DNA of 63,203 nucleotides, the filler included, from Chiloscyllium plagiosum (taxonomy: Eukaryota), in assembly GCF_004010195.1 (NCBI RefSeq). It is 4 parts of one record of this genome, joined end to end, with 100 filler letters (N's around TTAATTAATTAA, not from the genome) between each part and the next. Parts side by side here need not be neighbours in the genome. Positions count along the whole stretch, not along the records: positions 9,039 to 36,329 come from NC_057713.1; positions 36,430 to 52,654 come from NC_057713.1; 2 more parts are not named here. The stretch is one strand, 5' to 3'. Positions 35,853 through 49,544 of this stretch are shown piece by piece. Below the pieces are notes generated by a model. That model did no database searches. It saw nothing but the letters and a program-made list of their open reading frames with translations, and was not told where the DNA came from. Made by a program: the position numbers and the translations under genes. Positions within the stretch are counted from its first letter, which is position 1. The number at the start of each line of letters is the position of its first letter.

Positions 35853-36329
35853 CATAGGAACCTTGATTATCCAAATACCAATTATCCAAAAATCGGATTA
35901 TCTGAAGGAGATATCAAGGTCCTGATGGGAACATTACGTCAAAGACGTGTTGCCAGCAGTGATCGCGTCGTTTGTTTACAGTGATTAAACAGGTACAGAT
36001 CCAAATGACTGTATGTCTGCCCTCTCTATCTCCCCACACTTTCCCTGGAGTTATACACTGGGATGTACCCTAACACCCCCCTTTAGATAATCCCTCCAAT
36101 ATTGTCCTGAACAGGGCAAAGGTGGAACCTGTCAAAAAGTTGCAGTAAAAAGTTGTGTATGAGAGTGCTATTGGGAGACTTACCCCACTAAGGCAGCAGC
36201 AGCAGTAGCTGTCTTGTTGTTGGTGTCCAGTGCAGCTGCCCTGGAGAGAGGGCAGGAAGGTACAGGGTTGGGGATAGGGCGGGGGCAGGGATGGACGGGG
36301 TTGGGGCAGGGGGACTGGCATTGGATGGG
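35853..36329 (+). mobile_element. Left end of a Tigger/pogo-like DNA transposon
   Basis: TA followed by cataggaaccttgattatcc, the same TIR as 4377-4549. Runs into the contig end. Confidence 0.55.
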
Positions 36330-36429
36330 NNNNNNNNNNNNNNNNNNNNNNNNNNNNNNNNNNNNNNNNNNNNTTAATTAATTAANNNNNNNNNNNNNNN
36401 NNNNNNNNNNNNNNNNNNNNNNNNNNNNN
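36330..36429. other. Artificial contig-joining spacer
   Basis: N44 + TTAATTAATTAA (36374-36385) + N44. Confidence 0.97.
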
Positions 36430-36717
36430 GGGGAGTCCAGAACTAGAGGGCATAGGTTTAAGGTGAGAGGGGAAAGATATAAAAGAGACCTAAGGGGCAA
36501 CTTTTTCACGCAGAGGGTGGTACGTGTATGGAATGAGCTGCCAGAGGATGAGGTGGAGGCTGGTACAATTGCAGCATTTAACAGGCATTTGGATGGGTAT
36601 CTGAATAGGAAGGGTTTGGAGGGATATGGGCCGGGTGCTGGCAGGTGGGAGTAGATTGGGTTGGGATATCTGTTCGGCATGGACGGGTCCGTTTCCATGC
36701 TGTACATCTCTGACTCT
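36430..36717 (+). mobile_element. CR1/HER1 LINE 3' end
   Basis: RGNFFTQRVVRVWNELP..FNRHLDGYL plus tail. Confidence 0.92.
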
Positions 36718-36940
36718 ATCTGCTCCACCCTCCTCTCCTATCACCTTCTCCCCTACCTATTACATTCTCAGCTACCTTCTCCCAGCCCCAGTCCCGCCCC
36801 CCCACCCCCATTTATCTCTTGTGACCCCAGCCCACAAGCTTCCTTCCTGATGAAGGGCTTATGTCCGAAACGTCAATTCTCCTGCTCCTCGAATGCTGCC
36901 TGACCTGCTGTGCTTTTCCAGCACCACACTCTCGATACTG
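36718..36940 (+). mobile_element. PLE 3' UTR/pLTR fragment
   Basis: C-rich tract followed by the pLTR; colinear with the reverse complement of 48870-49090. Confidence 0.85.
36847..36874 (+). ncRNA. Minimal type I hammerhead ribozyme motif (best copy)
   Basis: CUGAUGA-A-GGGC-UUAU-GUCC-GAAA-CG-UC: full catalytic core, 4-bp stem II with one G-U pair, ACGU palindrome replacing helix III. Predicted cleavage after C36874. Confidence 0.75.
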
Positions 36941-37334
36941 ACATTTTAATCAGTAAGGGAATAAAGGATTATAGGGAAAAGTGAGGAAAGAAGATTATCA
37001 GATCAGCTATGGTCTCATTGAATAGCAGAGTAGACTTGATGGGTTGGATGGCCTACTTCTGCTCCTAAGTCGTATCGTCTTTATGGTCTTATGGAATAAA
37101 TTTAATGACCCAGTTTCCACTACCTTATATGAAGAGAATTATAAAACTCCAAGAGAAAAACTATTCTCCCCATCTGTTCTGAAGACCTTACATTTAAACT
37201 TTGCTTTAGTCTTGTTCTTGTGCCTGGAAATCAAACATCATTATTCTCAGGGTTGACACAAAAGTTAAAGATTTTAAAAGGCATACAGAATTCTCCAAAT
37301 TGACCAGCTTCTGTACTTAACAGTAACTTTAAAA

Positions 37335-37630
37335 AAACTCTCATGGGATCTGGGTGTTGCTGGCTGGGCCAGGATTTATTGCGTGACCTAGCTGCCCTTG
37401 AGAAAGTGATGTCGAGCTGCCTTCTTGAACCACTGCACTCCATGTGCTATATGTGGACACACTATACTGTTAAGAAAGGAATTCCAGGAATTTGACCCAA
37501 TGACACTGAAGGGACAGTAATAAATTTCCAAGTCAGGACGGTGACTTGAAGGGGAATTTGCAGGTGGTGGTGTTCCCATGTTTCTGTTGCCGTTATCCTA
37601 GTAGTTAGAAATGGTTGCAAGTTTGAGAGT
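37335..37630 (-). mobile_element. 3' end of the second LINE family
   Basis: Same blocks as 19575-19840. Confidence 0.65.
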
Positions 37631-40600
37631 CTGAGGAACATAACGAAGTAGTTACGAGTATGGAATGGACTGCTTGGAAATATGGTGGAGACAGATTTAT
37701 TTGAATTATTCAAGAGGGTATTGGAATGTTATTTGGATTGAAAAGATATGCAGATATAGGAGGTAAAGACAATTGACTGGTGCTCAGGAACAGAATTGAC
37801 GCAGGCATAATGGGCCAAATGGCCTCCTTACGCACTGCAGTAATTCTATGATTCTGACTTTTTTCAATAGCACTGGTTCATTCAATTATTATTCCTCTTT
37901 TATATACTTTTCAATGACTGTGTAGCTTGACATCAGGTAACTTTTCAATAGAATATTTCTCAATATCATAGACAAGCAGTCGAGCTGCAGACTGAGAATT
38001 GAACCCATTTTCTCGCAACACAAATGTTAAAGAGCATTTTGCTGATGTAATTAATTGGAAAATAAATACTTTAATCATGTGTAATACTAGAAATTCTACA
38101 AAAAGGTGTCCCTCTTTGGTTAAACAGTTTCTGAATGTGATAAACTATTATAGATGCAGATATGAGATTTGTTCTCCGAAGAGTCATGGTTCCATGACCA
38201 GGGCTTAAGGTAGTAATGGATATGAACAAAAGGCCTCAGATGTACTTTCTTCTTTTTTTCCTAGTTCTTTGTTACCTCCTCTCCCTCATCTAAAAAACGC
38301 AACGCATTCAGAATCCTCAATAGAACTTCAGCTTCATTCTTTTTCATAATGATATGTGTTACTGAGTAAAGGCCAGAGATTGCTGCAAGTTGAAAAGCTT
38401 AGAGAGCCAGTGCAGACAATAGTCCAAATGGCTTCCTTCTGCACTGTAAAAATTATGATTCAGTGAGTAACAGCAGGAACACAAGAACAACATGGCAGAA
38501 AAAAAAGATGACAGACTGCTCGCAAAGTTAACCAAGCTATGAAGAAAAATGCAGCCATATACACCGAAATCACAGAACAAAAAACTGAATTAGGTATCCA
38601 CGGCAGGGGGTTATTAAAAAGCATTTAAAAGAAATTTTAAGCTTTACAGAAATGACTGTTTGCAAATGTTTAATGGTGATACTATGAAATTAGCAATGGT
38701 AAAAAAAATTATTTCATCTGCAATTGTGAAGTAAAATTCAAAATGATAATCTCATTTCATTGTCATTTTCTCCTGATCTTAAAATACTTATTTTGCTCTT
38801 ATTTAAATTAATGCTCTGTTCTATATTCAACCACGACACTGGATACCTGGGAAGCAAGTCTCAACTGATTTACTAAAATAACATTAACATCTTGAGAGTA
38901 ATAATTGGGACATCGCCACTTCAGTAAGAAAAGGCCTTTCATTACTTGTTTAAAGAAATAGGGAGTTAATTATTCATGCACACAAAGGCTTCATAATTTG
39001 TAAAATTGTTCTTAGGAAACTAAAGCTGATGTGAGTAATTTGCTACATAAACACAATACATGAAAAACAATTTAAACTAAATTCTATCATCTTCTTAGTC
39101 TGTTCTTTATGCAAATGATACTGCTGGCCTGTCAACTAAATATGACAAACCAAAATGATTTAAACTAGCTTAAATAACTTGTAGTGTGAATTATGAGAAG
39201 CCTTATACCATCAATACCCAACAAGTACATTGGTAAAAGAGAATGGGAAAACCCACTGTCACACCAAAACTGGACAAATTTCTCCATCAGGACATTTTTT
39301 TTTTTTACAAATTAAGGATTTCAAAAGATCCTTTTTAACATCCTATTCTTCAGTCTCTAATGATTTGGGGCCTACCAGGAAGGAGGTGCTGAACTGGAAA
39401 ATTTGATGAGGTGACGAGTAAAATAATAATCAGTTCTGAGGAACAGTCATATCAGATTTGAAGTGCTTTCCTCTCCAAAGACGCTGCCAGACCTGCTGAG
39501 TATCTCCAGCATTCTTTTAGTTTGTTTCAGATTTCCAGAATCTGCAGTATTTTGCCTTTGTTAAATTAATAAGCACCTTGGCTCAATGAATTTCTATACT
39601 GAAGTTATGTGGGGTATTTAACAAAGCTATTTTCAAAAATAACATTTTGAAAGGTTTGTTCAATTTAACTCTGAATTCACACTTTCATAAGACTTAAGAA
39701 TGGCTGTTATCTCCAAGAAGGACAGCAAGTCTTTGCGAACAAGTGGACAAAGACTTTCAATTACATCAGGGCATTCTTCGATCAGAAAGCTGTATAACAG
39801 TATAAGAGGTTACAAAACGGAAGGAGGACAGGTGAACCATTGGGGTGAAGCTGACCCTCTGAAATTGCCATTTAATTAATTCCACTCACCTGTATCTCCC
39901 TATTCCATTGGACTTTTTTATTCTGTTTCAAGTAAATATCCAGTTCCCATTGGAAAGTTTTTATTTAATCAAATTCCACTACCCTTATTTCAGATCAAAA
40001 TTTGCCACATTAAAAAAATCCTCCAGATAGAGTTATAGCGAATATACAGAATGGAAAGAGATCATATCGTGCCCATAGTGGTCATCAAGCAGCTATGTAG
40101 GAACAGGAATCCGCTATTCAGCTCATCATGCTTACTCCATCATTCAATGCAATCTTGGCTGATTGAAAATGTCTCCCCCAATAATCACCAGACTGAATTC
40201 AGGCTGGCTATAAGAGGCCTACTTTCTATAGCTTTCTAATCATAGACTTCTGATCAGCAGCTACAGTTTCTCTCAACCCTGCTGGCTTCCTTTAATATCT
40301 TGAAAAGTTAAATTAAATCACCTTAATATTGTAAATTTCAGGGAAGACAACCCTAATTTGATTGAAGTCTCCTTGAGATTTACTGGAACAATTTCTGGTC
40401 TCCAAGGAGTAAGGTGTCTTGCTCCCCCTCTACTGTTAATGTATCCTCCCTAAGGTGTGATTTTTCACAATACTCCAGGTATGGTCTAATCAAAGCATGA
40501 AGTATGATTCTACTGGTTTGAATTTCTCCAGAATTTTCTCTGCACTTAAAGGAACTAAAAAAAATTCTTGCATTTGCTAATTTGCTGGGGGCTAGTAAGG

Positions 40601-43599
40601 AACAACTTTATTTTAATCCCTGATCTGTTTTAAAATGAGTTATGCATTGTAGTTAGGTTTTATAAAGTCACAGCTTTAATTAAACAAAAACATTTCAAAC
40701 TTATTAACAAGTACGGAAATTTAATTGCCAGGGCTACATGGCATTATATTGCTTTAATGTAATGTTTTCCTGCATGAGTTTTCGATGTCCAATTATTTGA
40801 TTGCTCAGCAAAACAACATTGAAAATTGCATTTGAATAATAATATTTTCAAATTTTATCTAAGTTACAATGTATTCTCTAAACTTAGTATTATTAGGTTA
40901 CGAAAGAATTCCTTCAGTATGTATTCTCACAGTTGAAGCTAAGTAAGCAGAACTCTATATGTACTGTATGTTGAAATGTGAAAACTTTTGAGGCCACACG
41001 TGAAGTAGTGACTCAGGGCGCTCATTCCAACCAGCTCCCCATGATATCACCATCACCAAATCTGGCACAATCAACATTCTGGTTTTATTGCTGAACAGAA
41101 ACTTCACCGGATCATGTAAATACAATGGCTACAAGGAAAGATCAGAGGCTTAGAATTCTGTATAACCAACTCAATATTTGCACAAATTTATTACTTCTTA
41201 ATCTATTGCACTATTTCCTAATTTATAAAATCTCAAACTGTTCGTCCATTACACTATTTTCAAGGACATTACCAGGAATTATGCATTTGAATACGTGGAA
41301 CCTACTCGTCATCTTGGCTGATTAATACACACTTTCATTTTAACTCTCAAAATGTAACTGTTAATTCCATATTTCAACTATTTTCCTCCAAAAATTATGG
41401 ATTATAAACATTTCTTATAAATTCCTGTATCCTGTCATAAAGGATTTCAAGTAATAAAATTATTTCTGATGGCTGGAGGACTGGTAACAAAGGGCACAGA
41501 TCCAGGATGAATGGCAAAGCAATCAGAAGAATGAAGGAAGATGAGTCACTAGGATTTGGAATGCCCTCTGTTGAGGTGGTGAATACAGGTTCAATAGTAG
41601 CCTTCAAAATAAAAATGGATAAAGGTGTGAAAAAAAGCTGTAGTTATATTGAGAAAGGAGGGGGGAGTGGGGCTTACTGAATAGCTTTCTGAAATATCTG
41701 ATGCAGATTCAATAGTCTAAATAGCCTCCTTCTTTGCTGTATTCTTCTATATTATATAAGAATGTCAAACTGTAATATATTTTCTCGCAGCAATGGTGGA
41801 GTAGCATCTTGGCTTTGATTTCTTGGTTTGTCAGCTTGTACTACACAGACATTTATTATACTACAATTAATTACTTGATCAAATAAATCTATGTACAACT
41901 TTCAAAGTGGTATTACACTTAAGCGCCAGATCTAATTATACCAGTTCTGCTAAAGACTATATTTTGCTGTCACTCCTTGGATGCAAATACAAACCTGAAA
42001 TTTCTTACCTAGAGCTTTCTAGATGTTTTACTTTTAAGAGCTAATTTGGAAAACATGTTTTAATGCATAATTTATCAAAATGTAAGAATCTGGAAAGAAG
42101 CACAACAAAGCTGGAGTACATATCAATGAGAACATCTCCCTCAGTAATACTGCCAACGATGACCTGCTGTTTTGAATATTATGTTAATTACTTACATGTT
42201 AAATACTGCTGCAATGTAACAATTGAGTTCAAAAGTCAGCTTACTGCCATCATATAATTATGCACATTTTAATAAAGTCATTCACAATAAGTATCTAATA
42301 ATTTAAATCAGCCTTCAAACATGTAGGTCAGATTCAAGTTTCCATAATTAATTCCATGTGGACAAGAAATCATAGATAAAACACACAGTTGTTTATGTAT
42401 TCAGCTACTTTATAGCTTCATCTCAGCACTTGGTACCTCTTGTTCGGGGTTTTACCAGATCATCATTATTTAATGGACTGTTATGTTAGCACTTAAATAA
42501 CTGAAAATCTCAAGAAAGCAAAGAATGTTTTAAACTTCTTGTACAGAAGCATACAGGTAATGTTTTAACTATGGATTTACACTTTTTAGCCTAATTAATT
42601 TCACAGGCATAGAAGTATTGACATCAACTTAAAATAGGGAACAACATCCAATCAGCTTTCCATTGCATTCAGGCTTAATAGCAGTCAATAAGGTTGTATA
42701 TGTGTGAATATTTGTTTTAGCAAAGATTTAATGGCTTTTCTTGTTATTAAATAAGCAAATAGCTAGAAGAACAGAGGAGATAATTGCTCGCATATTCTGG
42801 TGGCCAGCCACATACCTGGCACCCCACCCCTACATTACAATTCACTTAACATTTCACAGCTACTTTCAAAGCGCTTGGCTGTGCACTTGGCAATTTAAAT
42901 CATACAGCAAGGCACAGAAGCTGTAGTCAAAAGGAGTGTGGTTTGACCTCCTCCAAATATATGAAACTACGGGAAAGTATGTGATATCTGTTATGGTCCT
43001 CATTTCTGAAGGAGCTGGAATCAGAGTTCCTACTCAGTACTAACATAGAAAAATTAGGAGAGTGGCAATCTGACTGTCAATGCTGTTCCTCAGAAAATCA
43101 AGGCCAAATCAAGGTTACAACTTCTTGAAATGTCGTCCCAGAAATTTGAGAATTTAATTATAACTGAATTTCTATCCTATTGCTGTAAAACCAGAAGACA
43201 TAGGAGCAGTAATAGGCCATTCAGCACATCATGTCTGTTCCCCATTCATTATGGTCATGGCTGATTTGATAATCCTCAATTCCACTTTCCTACTCAGTGC
43301 ATTGAACATTAATAATATTTATAACATTTTATATGCTGAGTATTTTATTTTCACGACTGAAACATGATATGGCAAACTATCCAATTTACTGAATTCTAAT
43401 TGTTTCATATTCCAGGGCTTTGATTAACATGCTGCTTTGTAGAACTATTTTAACATTGGCACAACCATATTGAGTGTCATACCATTACTGGATAGAAACA
43501 TCTTGCTCCAGCTATCTAATTCATAACAAGGAATGAAACATAGATTTAATGGGGGTGGTAGGGGTATTGCCCAGTGGCCAGAGAGTTGGCAGAAGTACC

Positions 43600-43876
43600 A
43601 TACTGTCTGAAATAGCTCCAGAGGCCAGTATCCCATCACCAAGTCACTCTTTATTTATATGTGCACAGTACATGGGCTCTGACCAGCCAGTTCAGAGCAG
43701 TTCCTAGAGCAAGGGGACTTTCTGAATCTTCTGTTTATTTTTCTTTCTTTTTTTAACTTCTTGAATCTCCTGTTTATATCTGTCAGCCAGGGCTCTCTGA
43801 TTGGCCCAGGTTAACAACCCTAGTCAAGGATCTCAAAGTCAATGCAATCCACTTGTCTATTGTTCCAATCACTACA
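43600..43876 (-). mobile_element. Probable solo LTR (related to 420-658)
   Basis: Minus strand starts TGTAGTGATTGGAA and has GATATAAA and AATAAA. Confidence 0.5.
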
Positions 43877-45079
43877 CTGTTTCTTCTAGGAAAGGCCCAC
43901 CACTACGGTACTTAACTGGTCAATGGTATGGCTTGCCCTGTGATGGTGGGCAAAACTCCCATCTATTGGGAGTTGCTGGCCAGAGAGCAGGAGCTATATT
44001 GAACAGGCACATCATGGGAGAGGCAGTGGATGCTGCTGGTACTATACCCACCAGAGGCCAAAAGGATCAGTTTTGGTTACCAAACCACAGGTAAGTAGTA
44101 GTGCGATGAAAGGGGATCACAGGGTTGGTTTTGAGAGAGGGTAGAGTTGACAGCAAAGGGGAATGTTAGCTGTCATCTAATTTCCTGATGGTGTTTCCCT
44201 CGATCAAGTACTAAGTGCCTTTGAACAAGCTCAACCCTTCTTCAAGAGCCCCAAAACAATCATGCACTAGTTTGCTTGTCATGCTCCCAACATGGCAAAC
44301 ACCCACCCACCACTAGATTAGTGCCAACAGGGGAAGAATTAAGTCCTTATATAGGCATGTTTTACCACATTAAATACCAATGATAGATTGCATGAATAGG
44401 TAGTTGAGCAGATGTAATTAATGGCACATTTCTGAAAATATAAATGCTGCTTTCATTTCATGAAAATAAACTGTACAACACAGCATTAGCTCAGAGTGTT
44501 GCTTAGAGTCTCCCTTCTGTATCCCGGCCATCTGCCAGCTCTTACATTAGCTGCTGCATTAACGTGTTCTTTACAATCATAAACAAATGGTATAAAACAA
44601 ATTATGAACTTCAGAACAATCAATTAATGAACCTGAAATTGTATTAATTGCACATTAAAACAGAATATTCAGATGCTTGTCAACTGCATTTCAGTTTGGA
44701 TCTGGTCTGACCCAATTCCATGGTCACTGCTCTTTTAATCTTACCTCTGATATCATAAAGGTTAAATCTTTGTCAATAACAATTTGCCTTCATATAGAGC
44801 AGTTTAATGTAATCAAACAAAGCAAGCACAGAAGTGTTAAGCAAAATTTGATACTGAGTAGGGAACAATTTTTTGCCCGAAGGGTTTCTTCTTGGGATTT
44901 TCAGAGCAACAGAGATTTTCAGGGTTACATATTGATTTTCAGTGGCTCCATTCTCATTCATGCTGATTCACTTAAATACAGTCACTTAGTAACAATACTT
45001 CCTGCTTTTGTGTTGACATTTAGACTCATTAGCAACAGAGTTAGAAGAATCCTCAATATCTGTAATAATTCTCACTTCT

Positions 45080-46720
45080 GTCCAACTTAACATGAATTTC
45101 CAAGTCACCACAATACTTAAGGTGGTACAAGACAAGGTCAGAAGTGGGAATATTCACTGATATTGACACCTTATTCAGCACCATTTGCAACTTCATAGAT
45201 ACTGAAGCATTCTGTGTCCAAGTGCAGCAACATCTGTACTGACAAGTAACAATCATGCCCAGCATATGCCAGGCAATCAAGCGAGAATCTAACCATCATC
45301 CCTACACATTTAATGGCATTATCATTGCTCAATGCTTCAATATCAACATTCTGGGAGGGGTTATCATTGACCAGAAATTGAACTGAACTAGCCATAGAAA
45401 TATTGTAGGTTCAAGAACATGTCAGAGGCTTGGAATATTGGAGTAACTTACGCTCTGACTTCCCAAAGCCTGTCCACCATCTACAGAATGCAAATTAGGA
45501 GTTTGATGGAATACTCTCCATTTGTCTGGATGAGTGCAGCTCCAAAAACACTCAAGAAGCCTGACACCAATCAAGATAAAGCAGACCACTTGAAAGGCAC
45601 TACATCTACAAACATTCACTTGCTCCACTCATACTCAGCAGCATTGTGGACTATCTACAAATGCGCTGCAGAAATTCCCCAGGACTCTATAGAAAACACT
45701 TTCCACAACTACTACAATCTAGAAGGATAAGGGTAGTATATACATGGGAACACTACCATCTACATGTTCCCCTCAAGCCACACACCAACCTGCCTTTGAA
45801 ATATATTCAGTATCACTGGATTATAATACTGCATCTCCCACCCTAACAACACTGTGGGTGTAGCTATACAAATGGGCTTCAGCAATTCAAGAAGGTAGCT
45901 CATGACTACCTTTGTAAGGGCATCTGGGCCAAAAAATGCTGGCCCAGTCAGCGACCACCATATTCTATGATGATTTTCTGAAAAGAAAAACCCTTTTCGT
46001 TTACTAATGTTCTTTAGGAAAGAAAATTTGCCATCTTTATCTGATTTAGCCTACATGTAACTCTAAAAGTAATGTGATTGACTGTTAACTTCTAAAGTTT
46101 GAATTGGCCTAGCAAGCAACGTCTCTTGCTGCCAGTTTTCATGGATATTCTCCTGCTACTATATGACCTCCAAGATCTGTGATTAACAGCAGCTTCCAAA
46201 ACCAGAAGTTAATGTGTCCACACACTGAGAAGCTACTATATAAACTATTTTATATTAAAATCTAAATTAAAGAACAAACCAAGGCACCAAAATGACAATG
46301 GTAAACCTTGTCCTATTTCATCTGCATAGCCTCCTTACTAACATCTGGTAGCGGATGCCAAAATGGAGAATTGCTCACAGACTAGTAAAGCAACAATCTG
46401 TCATACTCATACTCTCAAAATCATACCTTACAAATCAATGTCCACTAGAGATAGTGGCACAGCAGAAAACAGTCAGAACATAGTTGCTTTGGATGTCCTG
46501 AACATTGTCTCCAGACCTATGAAGTTTCATGGCATTAGGTGAAACATGGAGAAGACAACATCCTGCTGATGATCACCTTTTACACTCCCACTTCCTCCAG
46601 TTCACCAAATTAATCAGTTTTCCTCCATGTCAAACACCAACAATTCTTATAGGATTTGCGTACATGGGGAACCTCAATATCTATCACCGACAGTAGCTCC
46701 ATAGCACGACCACTGATCAA
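45080..46720 (+). mobile_element. Degenerate fragments of the second (CR1/L2-group) LINE family
   Basis: LSTIYRMQIRSLMEYSPFVWMSAA (RT C-terminal region) and 3' end at 45640-45960. Probable endonuclease remnants at ~46320-46700. Homologous to 53880-54850. Confidence 0.6.
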
Positions 46721-47678
46721 GCTGGCGCGCTCGGGGCCAAGTGAGCACTTAAATTGTCAGTTAAGAGCTATTTGCTGTCTGTACAAGCATTTCGTTAGTG
46801 TTGTGAATAACTGCCACAGTATGGGCTCCTTTTGTAAGCAAACACACTTTTGCTTTCTGAAAAAAAAATCTACCTTCTTTGTTATTTGGTCCTGACCTTG
46901 AATTTAGTTTTCAACACACTGCCCAATGAAAATTTCTACTTTTATTTTACCTTGTAACAACCCATTATAATTTGAACATTGCATTTGATCTCCTCTTTAT
47001 CTTCTGTATTGCTCCAGTTTCTTTAGTGTTGCCTCAAAACAAAGTCATTTATCCCTGCGACCATGATAGTATCTCTTCTTCACTGTCTCTGTGACCTTGA
47101 CCTCCTTCCTAAACTAAGATATATGAAACTGAAAGCAGTCCTGATTATAATTCATATCTAATTCATTGGGCTTGTGCTCTCCTCCTGTTCATGAAAACTA
47201 GAATTCCATGTGTTCTTATGATTTCATATCCTTACAGTTAAAGATTTATGGGTCTGATTGCCTAAGTCTCTCTGTTCTCCTATGCTTTTAAGTTTTAAAT
47301 TTTGTATATATTTCCTCTCATTCATTTTCCTCAAAAATGTATTAGCTCATAGTTTTTGTCTTAAATTTCACCTGACACCTATATAGCCAATTTACTAACC
47401 TGCAATATTTCTTCCTGAAGTATAAATTCCCAGTTTCCCATTCTTATGGATTTGAAAGTATGACCCCTTTCTGAAGTTCAGGTCTTTTTGCCTGTTGAAC
47501 AGTGGTAATTCATTGACTGGGAAACAGTTTGTCATGACCCGAATTTGGGAAAGGTGCCAAATAAATCAAAGTTTTTTTTATTTCTATCCTTAAATTGGTT
47601 TGTGTTGTTACTACCAAGATCAGAGGGATGTACTCAAGTCTTTCTAGTCCTGGTTCTACGGTCATTACAAATTTTAAA

Positions 47679-47765
47679 GTCGAGGGAGTGGTGCTTGAAA
47701 AGCACAGCAGGTCAGGCAGCATCCGAGGAGCAGAAGAGTTGACATTTTGGGCAAAAGCCCCTCCT
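47679..47765 (-). mobile_element. Single-arm PLE pLTR fragment
   Basis: gtggtgcttgaaaagcacagcaggtcaggcagcatccgaggagcag...gggcaaaagccc. Confidence 0.75.
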
Positions 47766-48849
47766 GATAAAACTTCACAAGGAATTATAATTATTAATTT
47801 TTGACAAACTGGCCTTGAAATTCCCTCAAATCCCATTTCATTACGGATTGTGTCAATGACTGCCCACATTCTAATGTTAAATCTTCCTTTCCTGGGACTA
47901 CACACCCCTGAATTCATAGGATCTGAGGTGCAGTTTCTACACAAGGGTACAATTTCAGTTGTTCACACAGCCAGTGCTGCCCCTGGATTTTTCCCGAGTT
48001 CAAATCTTGCTCAGGTGCCTAAAATAAATACTGCCCATGGGCTTTCATTCCCCATTCTCTGTTGTACTGAATTATGCAGCAGCTCCTAGGATTTCTCTGA
48101 ACACTAACTAAGAGGAGTTATTCAAATACTCTAGGTCTTACCTGAACTTGAACTGCATGGAAATGTATAGTTCAGTTGCATTTAGCAGCACAGCTAACTG
48201 AAGGTCTGCTTAATGTGCAGTCTGCTTTTTCTCCTCTCTCCTTTCACACACATTGTCTTCCAGTTTTGAACTCTTCTTCAGCGACTTCCAAACTTACATG
48301 AGTGATTACTAAAACCCTTGCAAAGGCTGTGCCCTAATGCTAGGCAGAATTGCACAGAATTAAGGTATTGGAACAGTCAAATGTAACAAACCCATTTAAT
48401 TTGCTGTTCCTTAAATCAATGTGGATGCAAGTTACTAAAAGTCATATTTCAGAAATAATGTTGCTGTTGAAATTTTCCTCATTTCTTCAACAATGAACAT
48501 TCACTAACATCATTTTGTATTTATTTAATACATGTAAAGCAGAAAGCATCCATAGTAGCTCACACTTTACTCATAATACATCAATTAAAAAATGTTAGTT
48601 CCACAGTTAAAGGTAAATTTATTGTTTTCATATCAATGTGTTCCAAACTAATTATTACAACCTGCTTGTACTAAGACTTGTCAAGGCCCCATCTTCACCA
48701 CAAAATAATCCATCCAAAAGACTGTAGAGCTATGGTAACCTCCAAATAACTAGCACAGATTTAAGACGAATTAAAAGGAACAAAAATGGCAAGAAAGTCA
48801 AACTGCAGTTGTCATGATCATCGGTTTCTAAATGACACACGATATAATC

Positions 48850-49533
48850 GTGAGGACTGCAGATGCTGGAGATTAGTGCTGAGAGTGTGGTGCTGGAAAA
48901 GTACAGCAGGTCAGGCAGCGTCTGAGAAGCTGGAAAATCAACGTTTCGGGTGAAAGTCCTTCATCAGGAATGAGGCTGAGAGCGGAGAGGGTGGAGACAT
49001 AAATGGGAGGGGGGTGGGCAAGGTAGCTGAGTGCACAATAGGATGGAGGTGGGGGTAATGGTGATAGGTTGGAGGGGAGGGTGGAGCAGATATGAAGGAG
49101 CGGCGGTGGAGGAGGCCCAAGATCTGCATGTCTTTGGCAGAGTAGGAGGGGGAGTTGAAGTGTTGGGTCACGGGGCAGTGGGGTTGGTTGGTGTGGGTGT
49201 CCCTGAAGGGAGATGTTCTCTGAAGCGCTCTGTGAGTAGGTGTCTTGTCTCCCCAATGTAGAGGAGACCACATTGGGAACAATGGATATAGTAAATGACA
49301 TGTGCGGAAGTGCAGTTGAAACTTTGATGAGTGTGGAAGGCTCCTTTGGGGCTTTGGATGGAGGTGAGGGGGGAGGTGTTTGCAATTCCTGCGGTGTTAG
49401 GGAAAGATGCAGGGAGGGGAGTGTGGGTTGTTGGCTGGGGTGGGGGGGGGGCAGGAAGCGTGGATCTGACGAGGCAGTTGCAGAGGGAATGGTCTTTACG
49501 GAAAGCGGATAGGAGTGGGGAGGGAAACATATT
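48850..49533 (-). mobile_element. Penelope-like element 3' part: RT-EN linker, GIY-YIG endonuclease, 3' UTR and pLTR
   Basis: FPSPLLSAFRKDHSL.N.LVRS (AF/YR linker) and FNCTSAHVIYYIHCSQCGLLYIGETRHLLTERFREH (GIY-YIG with CxxC). Frameshifted. The terminus matches the hairpin-element arms. Confidence 0.93.
48940..48967 (-). ncRNA. Degenerate minimal hammerhead motif in the PLE pLTR
   Basis: CUGAUGA-A-GGACUUUCACCC-GAAA-CG-UU. Core intact, stem II partly mismatched. Confidence 0.55.
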
Positions 49534-49544
49534 GCTCCTATCCG

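Noticed and set aside
47890..48300. Minus-strand exon pair around a 123-nt GT-AG intron (48019-48141)
   Set aside because: The splice signals look good, but every joined frame hits early stops; not supportable as CDS without RNA data.
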